From: Vicugna vicugna
Lineage: Eukaryota
Length of the DNA: 64,000 nucleotides
Assembly (NCBI GenBank): GCA_013265495.1
Contig: MU059537.1
Location: 186,001 to 250,000 of the forward strand
Direction of reading: 5' to 3'
The number at the start of each line of letters is the position of its first letter. Positions within the stretch are counted from its first letter, which is position 1. Shown here piece by piece: positions 23,480-33,290 of the stretch. The notes beneath the pieces were generated by a model. It was given only the letters and a program-made list of their open reading frames with translations, made no database searches and was not told where the DNA came from. The position numbers were made by a program, and so were the translations under genes.

Positions 23480-23740
23480 ACCTCCCCACCACTTACAGAT
23501 GGAGCGTGGCCTCAGGGAAGTAAGTGACCAGAAGGGCAAGTTTAAAAGTGAGGCATCTCTGTCTGTCTTCAAAGCCAGTGCTGTTTTCAGTAAATTCACT
23601 GCCTCCCTGAACCAAAATCCTGAGAAGTTACTTCATGACTCTGGGGCTCAGTTTTCTCACCCATAAAATGGTCACATCATCTTTGACCTGCTTGTTTGGA
23701 AGACTGAATGATTCGTTCATTTGTTGGAAGCACTTTCATT
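23480..23740. mobile_element. Two adjacent MIR fragments in opposite orientation
   Basis: cttacagatggag...agggaagtaagtgacc (reverse), then gagaagttacttcatgactctggggctcagttttctcacccataaaatgg (forward). Confidence 0.5.
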
Positions 23741-24919
23741 GGAGGGCGAGTGACTGGCTTTCTTATTTCTTCCTCCTCCTGTCGGCTCCTCCCGTCCCCT
23801 CCCCTCCCCTCCCCTCCCCTACTCTCCCCATAGACACGCGGGACCCTGGGGTGCTCAGGCGTCGTCCTGGGGTAGGGACCTCGGAGGGCAGGACAGTCAG
23901 GGATTCTGCCCTCCAGGCTTCAAGGTTGAGCAAAAGAGACAAGCGGGTAAGTGACGCCTGGGAAGGGCCCTCGGAGGAGCGGGAGAGGCCCCTCTCTCAT
24001 GCTGACTGCAGAGCACAGGCCTCTCCCTGTGCCCCGCGTGATGCTGGTCACTGGTGGTCACTCTGGGCCTGAAGCCAGGCCTCATCTGGGAACGCCCATG
24101 CCAAGGAGGAGGGGGGACCGCTTTCTGTCCCCTCCGGCTGGTGAGCCCCCTTGCACAGTGGCAGCTTCTGAAAGCCGCCCGGCCTCCTCTCTGCAGAGCC
24201 TTGCCCAGCCTCCGCCCCTCCCCGCCCTCCCATGTCATTTAAATAAATTTGCATACATTGTTTCCGATGAACCTTGATTGTTGAAGGAGCCAGGCACTTT
24301 GAATCATAAGTATATTCACCCTCCCCAGCCTCTTATTGAAGAGTCCCGTAAATGTCCCACCTGCTGTCTCCCAGGTAGCTCTGTCCTGCCCCCTCCCCCA
24401 GCTTTCTTTCTTTTAATTTCTCGTTATCATGCTGCCAACGAGGGAGGGGCTTCTATTTTTATTTTTCATTTCTTGCTTAGCGGCTTCCCTTCTGGGTGAA
24501 TTCTGGCTGCTTGCCAGCCTTGTCTGGCCCCTGAGAAAACAGAGGGACTTGATTGTGGCTGGTGACATCCCGACGCCCCCCCCGATGGCCGGCGTCTGTG
24601 CCCGGGCAGCTTCAGGCCTGCTCTGAGCGCCCATCTCGGCTCTGGTGTGGAGCGGGGAGGGGCAGCGGTGGGCCGCCCGCCCGCCCCACTGGGCTGCCGC
24701 AGGGCTTGGTCGTGCTCTGGAGGCGAAGCCCAGCCACCTGCCCACCGTCCCAGGCTCTGGCCACAGAACTGTGCCCACCACCCGCTGTGAGTTCCAGGGA
24801 GGGGAAGATGGCGCCCCCCTAGAGGGGGCTGCATGTGGTGCAGGACGGGGGCCGTGTCAGGTGAAAAGCTTCACAGGACGTGCCCACGGGGCTGTGGCCA
24901 CCAGGGAAAGTCTGTGCTG

Positions 24920-25150
24920 ATACAGGAACACGGGGCGAGAGGAGGGCCGTGTCACAGGCCTCCGTCGAGTCCCTGCGACGCACTCCGCCAAGTCAGGGTC
25001 CTTGGCTTCCCACAGGAAAGAATTCAAGAGTGAGCCATAGTTGAGTAAAAGCAGACTTATTCAGAGAGATGCACACTGCCTAGACTGAGTGCCGGCCATG
25101 TCAGAAGGACGGAGAAGGCCACGAGGGGCGGGGCTGCCGGCCTCTACGGG
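24920..25150 (-). mobile_element. ERV1-class (MER4-group-like) LTR fragment
   Basis: gggtccttggcttcccacaggaaagaattcaagagtgagccatagttgagtaaaagcagacttattcagagag resembles the aagaaagaattc...gcaagtttatt segment of reverse ERV1 LTRs. Confidence 0.55.
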
Positions 25151-25189
25151 CACATTAGTTATGTTGTGTGTCCTTCCACGGGCTTGCTG

Positions 25190-25285
25190 GCCCTTTGTGT
25201 GTCTTCCTGGAAGAAGTGTCTGTTCAAGCCCTCTGCCTCGTTTCTGCTTGGTGGTTTGGTTTTGGTTGGGTTGCAGAGGCTGGTG
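25190..25285 (-). mobile_element. L1 3' fragment
   Basis: gtgtcttcctggaagaagtgtctgttcaagccctctgcctcgtttc...tggtttggttttggttgggttgcag corresponds to L1 tcttctttggagaaatgtctattcaagtcctttgcccatttt, shifted toward GC. Confidence 0.6.
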
Positions 25286-27184
25286 GCCGCGGGTCCTCTC
25301 TGTGAAGGTGAGGCGGGACGGGAGGATGGGCGCTGGGTCTCAGCACACATGCTGGGCGTGGGCGTAATGGCGGGAGGACGACGCTGCGGTCGGTGGTGAC
25401 TGGGAGCAGGAGCAGGTGGATCGGCTGACGTTATTGGTGCTGACAGTGGAGGGGGCGAGGGGATGGCAGTGGGGCTGCTAGTGACCAGAACGTGCCCCAA
25501 TTCTTGAAGCTGAGTTGATGCCGTCACCCGATTCTCGGTTTCACAGAAGCTTTGCGTGGGGTGTGGGCGGGGGATGAAGGGCCTGCAGCTGTCACCAAGG
25601 TAGGGGCACAAGGTGGCCAGCTGGGCGGCGGAGAGAGAGGAAGTATCTATTGAGTGATGGGCTCAGGGAGCTGAGCCCTCTGGCTTGGGAAGAAATTACA
25701 AACGATCCCATCAAACGCTGTTATTGACTGAGACCGAGACCAAATCTGACATTCATCCGCTGAGTTTGACATTAAAGAACAAGCCGGCAGTGGGATTTGC
25801 ATAAATCTCTGGGGGGAGAGGCAGCTGGGGAAAAACCAATAAAACACGGGGACGGAGCACTAGGAGGGGCCCCCTGCTGTTCCTGGAGGATCTCCCCTCC
25901 TGCAGGCACCCCGGGGTCACCTGGAAACAGCATAGGGGTCCAGGGCCGGGGTCCCCACGGGGGAAGGTGAGCCCCTGGGGTGATGGAGCCAGGGCAGAGC
26001 CTCTGTTCTTCCGAGGCCCCAGCAGTGTGAAGGGGCACTGGCCATAGCACTGGGCGTGCAAGTCAGGGAGGCACTGGCCTCCCTGGGGCGTGCGTGGTCC
26101 GAGGCGGAGGCAGATCTGTGAGCTGAGGCTCCACGGGTGTCCCTGAAGACTCCCTGAGCCCCACACAGCCCTGATCCAGAGAGGGGCTCCGGGTGTGACA
26201 GTGGAACAGGAGCAGCCTGGGATGGGCATGGCCAGAATGTGCTGTTTGGACCCCCTGCTGCTGTGGCCCGCTGCCCCACGCCCGTTAGCCCAAGTCCTCC
26301 TCTGTGGAGTGTGTGGCCCACTGCCCACCCCTCCGAGGGGTCCATTCCTTCAGGCCCTCTCCTTCCTCAGTGGAAGCCCCTTCCTTGACATCTCCAGCTC
26401 ACTACCTTCCCAGGCCAGGTCACCTAGGGGGCCCCCAGTTCCCGCCCTGCAGCCCCAGCTCCGAGAGGGGTCAGCCTGCTCACGGCTCTGCCCACCTCCT
26501 GGCACGTGGCCACTACAACATCACATCTGAGGAGCTACAGGCAGGTCCCCTGGGAGAAGGGCTGCCGGAGGCGGAGGCCCGGGGGTCTGCTGCAGTGAGT
26601 CTGAGAGGGCCCCCAGGTCTGGGACGCCAGGTAAGAACCCAGGGCCAGCAGCGAGGAAGGGTGCTGGGACCACCCTGATGTCTGAACGCTGGCCTTGGGG
26701 GACAGAGGAGGAGGAAGGGGTGCCGAGAGGGGCTGAGCCTGTCTGGGTCGGGGTCGGGGTCGGGAGAGGGCAGCCAGGTGTCAGCCCAGCAGGCGCTGGG
26801 GAGGAGGGAGCCCAGCAGAGCCCCTCCCCTGGGCTCTGTCACTGGGCAGATGGCTCACTTCTGAGGGTGACTGTCTGTCCCCCATGCCCCGCCCGGACTG
26901 GGGCTGCTAAGAAGCAGGGCCGGGAGCCGGTTCTGTTCATGTCACTCTGAGACACAGCCTGGGGCGGGGCTGACTCCTCCGATGGTGGCCCTATTGGACC
27001 TGCGGCTCCGGCTCCATCGAGGCAGGGGTGCAACCTCGTGATTTCCCCCGAACTGAAGGTGCTGGCTTTCCTGCCTCTGGCAGTGACGGACACGAACACT
27101 GCGGCCGCTTAATGAAGCGGAAGGAGCGATGGGCACTATTGATTAGAGGGCTCGGGGCTGCACCCGGCAGAACAAAGTCAATTT

Positions 27185-27260
27185 TCCCCTTCAGTTCAGC
27201 TCAGCAAACATTTATCGAGCACCGACGACAGCCAGGCCTGTGCTGGGAACAGGGGTGCCA
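27185..27260 (-). mobile_element. L2 3' end fragment
   Basis: ttcagctcagcaaacatttatcgagcacc...ccaggcctgtgctgggaacagggg. Confidence 0.6.
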
Positions 27261-28309
27261 GGAGGACTCCAAAGCCGGAAAGCCACGCAGAGCCAGCGCC
27301 CCGCAGGCTTCATCTTCCTGAGCCCCCACCGCCCACTGGGGCTCGTGGAGCTGAAGGGGTCTGCGCAGGCCAGCCAGCGAGGAAGCCGAGCCCGGGGCGG
27401 CTGCGGCGCCGGCGCAGCTGTGCTGCTTGCTCAGAGCCCCGGCCCCGGCCTTGGGGAGCCACCCGGTTGAGGGAGGTCTGGCTGGGGCTGGGAGCACCTG
27501 CGTCCTGGGGCCCACGCAGCAGGGGCCGCCCCTGCCCAGGCCTTGCTTTTCTGGGTGGCGCCCGTGGCATTTGATGTTTCCAGCGCTGGGCTCTGTGTGG
27601 GAGGAGGGCCTGCGCTGCGGGCACTGGCATTTCCCCGCTTTCCTGGTGGGGGCCCGCACTCCCCTGGGCCCCACGGCCAGGAAGGGGTTGGCTGACAGAG
27701 CTCCCGGCTGGGGCCCCCCCAGGCCAGGCTGCCTCTGGGGGCCCAGAGGGCAGAGGTCCCTGCCGGTCCTGCACTGCGTCCACAGAAGCAGCTGGGGAGG
27801 GGCAGGCAGTGTCAGGGGCTGTTTCCCTTATTCACTGACCACCATCCCCAGCTCTCAGCTCCCACCGTGTCCGCCTGGGCTCTTCCTGGGGTTTCCTCTG
27901 CAGGGAAGGCTCTGGGACAAAGACGAGCTCACGAAGCACAGGACCAGCTTCTCCCCAGGGGTCTCATCTGCCCTGGACACACAAGAAGAGGGTTTACCCC
28001 GGGGGACACGTGCCGGATGCTGAGTCCCAGCTGGGTACGGGGCGAGGGGGAAGCCCCTTCAGGTCCTCCCCCCAGCTGGAAAGAGTAGAGGTTGTCTGTG
28101 ATGACATAGCTGCGGTAGAAATTCAGACATGACTCCAAGTACATAGCTCTGCCTCTCGGGGCTCACACCCCTTCCACCATCTGAGAGACCCTGGAGCACC
28201 ACAGAGGTAACTGCAGGGTGAGGGCCTCATGGGCCAGGGCAGGGCCGGCTGGTGGGAGTCCTGCGGGCAGTGTGCCTTCTCCCATCGCCCTGTTCTCCTC
28301 AACATCCCC

Positions 28310-28450
28310 CGCACATGACGCCCATCTACCCACCCACTGTCCACTGTTGGCCCATCCATCCATCCGTCCCTCTCCCATCCCCCACCCCCATCCCCCATCC
28401 ATCCATCTGCCATCTGCCATCCCGTCACCCGTTTATCTTCCATTCATCAG
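28310..28450. repeat. Degenerate (CCAT)n repeat
   Basis: cccatccatccatccgtcc...ccatccatccatctgccatctgccatcc. Confidence 0.8.
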
Positions 28451-29549
28451 AACATCTCCACACACAGCCCTTCACGTGTGACCAAGGGCTCCTTGGCAAG
28501 AGGGGCAGAGTAGCCATGTGGACGGCGCTGCAGGGCTGTCAGGGCAGGAGGGGTGAGGAGAAGAGTGTGTCTTGTTGGTCGCAGCTGGCGCCATGGTCAT
28601 CTGCTTCCCGACCCCTGCCCTGCGGGCTGGGAGGAGAGAGCAGTGGGTGCAGTCGGGAGGCAAGACTGCTGCACGTGCCCTCAGCTGACACGAAGGACAG
28701 GCGGGGACAGTCACCATGGTGAGTACCTTGTCTGTATGGTGGCAGTGACCAGCAGCCTGGCTCTGCGTCCGTGCCCAGGAACAGGGCATTGCCAGGGCTG
28801 CTCAGGTAGGAGCAGAGACCTTGCGGAGTGTGTAACTGAGTGACACGCAGGGTTGACTAGCAGGTTGGTGAGGCCTCAGACATCTTGGGCACCAGCCAAC
28901 TGCTGTCCACACCTCTACTCCCTCAGATCTGCTGCAGACCCACTAGGCAGGTGTCACCTCTCCCAGCATACAGGTCAGGTCCTTGAGGCTCCAAGGGGAC
29001 AGGATGTGCCAGTCAAGTGATGGGAGCTACAGCGGTCAAGACTGGGTGCCCCCTGCAAGGCCAGGTCAGTGGCTACAAGGCACAGGCTGTGCGTCAGAGG
29101 AGGGAGCCCCCAGCCCCTGAGTCTGGTGGGGCCTTCCTGCCTCCTGGTCTTTGCCACCTTGTAACTCCCCAGCATCCTGCTCTTGGGACCGGGCGAGACG
29201 TGCTCAAAGTCCCCATCTGCCTATTAGCTGCTGGGCGGCCTGGGCGAGGAGCTCGTCCTCTCTGGTTCTCCACCACGTCCCGTGTTAACTAGGCATAATT
29301 GTGCTGCATCACAGGACCCTGCGAGGGGCCCTTCTGCCCCCGGCAGGTCAAGGGGCCGAGCTGGCAACTGAAGTGGTGTTTTCCCGATGTCTCTTGTCCC
29401 GTCTTGAGATCCATTTGGGTTCACAACATCGCCGTGTTTTCTCCTATCTAAACACAATGTTCTGAATCACTTACCAGTTAAATGACTCCACTTTCCAGCT
29501 TCATGTCTTCAAATAATCCCAATGCCCAGGTAAGACAAGCCACGTCTCC

Positions 29550-30260
29550 AGCTGGCCCAGAGCGGCCCTACCCTGATCTGCTGGGTGAGCGGGAGTTCAG
29601 GGCCCAGGCTCCCCTGGCGGCCGGCGGGGCTGCAAGTTTGGTCAGAGCGAGTGCGGGCACTGAAGGCAGGCTGTGGGCTCGGGTCCTGGCTCCGTCCGCT
29701 TCTCCAAACGTCAGCCGTGAGCAGGGGCCACCCTGAGCCCCTACTCTCACCCGGGACCGGTGTAGCCTGGGACCAGCCCCAGGACTGGTTCTGAGGACCC
29801 GAGAGGTAACCGGACAGAGCCAGTACGTGCTCACTACCGCACTGCCCGCTCCAGGAGCCCCGACAGCCCGAGAGCAGGCCCCTTGGCGGTGCTGTGCCTC
29901 AGCCCCTCGTTGGACGAACGGTTATCAGTGGAGCCGCAGGACACCGCTGTTGGCGAGGGCGCCCAGCATGTCCCAGCCGAGGAGCCCGAGCGGACCGGCG
30001 GCCTCTCCTTCTGCCCCGGGTCGGCACGTTCCTCAGGAGCGGGAGGAGGGAGGCTGCTGGTGGGACATTTCCTGGGCTGCACACTCGGGGCCACCAAGAC
30101 ACGTCCCCTGCTGCCATCATCCCCACCGGCTCATAAATCATGGCCCGCCAACTGTGGTGGGCCCCACGGACCACGCACCTGCTTCTCGGCACACGGGCGG
30201 CCGCAGACCGGCCGTCTCCCCAGGGGTGGCCCCTAACTCAGTGCTCTGGGCAACCAGGGC
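29550..30260. promoter_or_regulatory. CpG-rich patch (CpG-island-like)
   Basis: Visibly high CpG density (ggcggccggcgggg, gagcccgagcggaccggcggc, cacgggcggccgcagaccggccg); not computed. Confidence 0.5.
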
Positions 30261-32719
30261 AGCAGGAGGCAGGGACTCACGGGTCTGAGGCTCAGCACAC
30301 TCAGGGGTGAAAAACAACAGCTGAAAACAGCGAATAAAGGAAACGGGGAATTTTCTGACTCTCTGCCACATGAGGTGCAGGGCCTGTTCCGGATGTGGGG
30401 GCACGAGTCTGCTTCAGGTGGTGCCTGGGAGGACGGCAGGTGGGCTGGGGCTGGTTTAAGGTGTCGGCGTTTGCTAAGGGGAACAGATGGCTCCTAACGC
30501 GCTGCGTGTGGGACCTGAGGACGAGAGAGCCTTCACGATCCACACGTCACCTCCTGACCCGAGCAACCTCTCCCCTCGAGTCATGACTCCCGGGGGCTTA
30601 GCTTAGGCTCCAGGGGCGTGGAGCTGGTTCATCTACGCCCTGCACACTTTTCCTGCTCTTGGGGTCCCCAGGAAGCTGGGCAGGGAGGCGGTGTCCCCCC
30701 ACACTCATGCAGGCTCCTGCCCGACTTCAATCTGAGAGTGTCTTTGAGTCCTGCCGGGTGGTCAGAGCAGAGCCAGCCAATGCACAGTGGTCTGGGGTCC
30801 CCTGGTCTCTTCCCCAAGTGACATCCAAGACCCTCGTCTGGCTCAACTGCCTTCAGTGTGTTCCCGACGTGACAGTCGTCACCTCTTGGTGACCCCCTAC
30901 CACCTCATCCAGGACACTGTCACCTCGGTGCTCAGAGCCTGCCGGCATCAGTGTCACCCCACCTCCCACTCAACACTGTCGCCTGCACGGCGCTCACCAG
31001 CCCAGACCCTGTGCCCAACATGGTGACCCGACCGTGACTTTTGAAACACAACACCGCCACCTCTCCACCACTGGGGGGACCTGGCCTCTGGGTGGTCGGA
31101 GGGAGGCTGGGGGTCTGGGCAAGAAGGTCACTGGCGAGAAGTGAGGGTGGCTTGGACCTGACAGTGGGGGTGGCTGTGAGGACAGTCGCCAGGACGGCCC
31201 GCCTGGACCGCAGGGCCTGTGAGGCCCTCCTGCCCCCCGGCAATGCCAGCCTGCCCAGGTGAGCGGGCCTGCCCCAGGGCTGGCAGGCTTGGGGGGGCAG
31301 CCTGGAGTCCCTGTGGCCTCCCCATGTGTTCAGAGATGGCCCACGGCCGGCAGCACCTGGCTGCCGGAGTTACACAGCTGGAGGAAGCAGGAGCAGCAGC
31401 AGGGTCTCAGCAGCCGCTGGCTCTGACCTCGGGAAGTCCCGGCAGGGAAGGCCCAGGAGAGGCAGTGAGCCCCCAGGAAGGCCGGCACCTGAGCCCTCAT
31501 CTCCGGACGGAGCCTGGCTCTCGTGGCGTGTGGACGTGAGCAGGGCGGACCCCCTGGTGGGGCACCACGTAACCCCGAAACTGGACACAGATTCCTTCTG
31601 GAAAAGTTTCTCTGTCAGGAAGGATTCATCAGGGGGGTTAATTAAACATAATTGCAACAATGTATTTTTTAAAAGAACAAGCTTTGACTAGAGAAAAAGC
31701 TCTGATCTGCCAGCACAGTTACCCTTCTTCCTGCTTCTCGGCACTTGATTTTCATTGTGGTGAATAAGAATGTGTTACTTTTCGTGGGAAAATGCTTGAG
31801 ACACAAAAGCACAGTGTTCATTCGTGTAATTTATTAAATCATCAGACATTTGATGCCCTCTTCTCTCCTCCCCGTAAACTGTGGAATGCCAAACAGGAGA
31901 GAATGCGCCTGGTGTGTCCAGACAAGGACAGTGGAGCTGATGGTGGGGGGACGGCGAGCCCCAGGAGGATGGGGCAGTGCTGGGGCGAGGGGTGTGCGCT
32001 GCACATCGGGGCAGAGCAAGGAGCACTGAGGGGGCGTGAATGCTGCTGGCTCAGCCCAAGGGGGCTTTCAGCGTCCGAGAGCTTCCACAGGTCCCTTGGC
32101 TTCGCTGAGCCTCCACAGCCTCCCTGAGGGGACTGTGTGGGTGCAGGGAAGCCCCGTAGGGGGCCTGGCTCCTGCGTCAGTGCCCACTGCTTCTCTGGGT
32201 ATGACGGGAACCTGGGGTGGCCCCCTGGACGTACCAAGCCGGGGAGAACAGCCCCTCAGAGAAGCAGAGGGGGCTCGGGATGGACCTTCTGGGAGGAGGG
32301 GACTTCGTGGAGCTGGGCGACCTTGTCAGCTGCTCATCCACCTGCATGGTTTTCTCGTTGGCATCTTATGGTGGGTTGGGGGCTGGGTAGACTGTGGACG
32401 GGGCACAGCCCTGGTCCTTGGGGTCTCAGCGTCTACACTGTCCGTGTGAGGCTGCAGAACCTACCTCATCTGCCACAGCCGGTGCTACGTTGGCCCCCTC
32501 CCCGTCTCAGGGCTCCCACGAGTCTCTGCGAGGGACCCCCAGGCTCCCACGTGCCCCGACCTGGCACGTGACCTGCGCTGTCCACATCCTTGTATGTGTG
32601 AAGGTCACAGGGACTGAGTGACTTTCTCATGTTCCCACAGTTATGAAGCCCCCAGCCCCCCAGCCCCTGCCCACTCTTCATCCAGCAGTTGTGAATAACC
32701 ATGAGGTGGTCCTTCCCGT

Positions 32720-33290
32720 ACGTGGCGTCCCCGTCATTGCGGGGCCCCAGTGCGGCCGAACCTTGAGCCGAACGTCGGGCTCCTGAACAGCATCACTTTA
32801 AACCAGAACAAAATAAAAAAATCAAGGAGGGAGAGGAGAGGGAAGATCAGCGCATTTGCTTGGCTTGATCCGTGCAGGAGAAAGGGTGGGAAGAGCGTCT
32901 GCTGGCAAACGAGAATGCAGACAGCACAGCGTCGTCACCCCGCTGCCCCCGCGGCACCAGGAAGCGTGAAGCCAGCCCCGAAACCCAGCGGAAGCAAGGC
33001 GAATCTATGACAAAACAGGCTGGGGGCCGGCGGTAGGAGGGGCCGGTCGTGGGAGAGCCCCGTGGGCAGCTGCGGGGCGCTACTCCTGGGCGCTTGTCTT
33101 AGGGAACACAGCTGCCTCCCACGCGTCACCCTGGGGTCGAGGACCTGCTCCCCTTCCACGTGGCGTAAGGTCCATCCGCTGTCTCCTGTGAACAGGCCCC
33201 GAGCCGGCGCGCCCATTTCCCAGACTCGGAAGCTGAGGCCGGCAGGATGCGGGACTCCGCAGGGGCAGAGACGGGAGGCCTCTGAGTCCT
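32720..33290. promoter_or_regulatory. CpG-rich regulatory-like patch with an AT-rich core
   Basis: CpG-dense non-repeat sequence around tttaaaccagaacaaaataaaaaaatcaagg (32797-32827). Confidence 0.4.

Noticed and set aside
24808-24830. CTCF-like ccctctaggggggcgcc on the minus strand
   Set aside because: An extra G displaces the invariant C of the core.
26740-26770. (GGGGTC)n and other G-quadruplex-like runs
   Set aside because: G-runs occur throughout the window, and nothing singles this one out.
30755-31097. GLI-type sites (CGGGTGGTC 30755, TGGGTGGTC 31089)
   Set aside because: One perfect 9-mer is about what chance predicts in 64 kb of GC-rich DNA.
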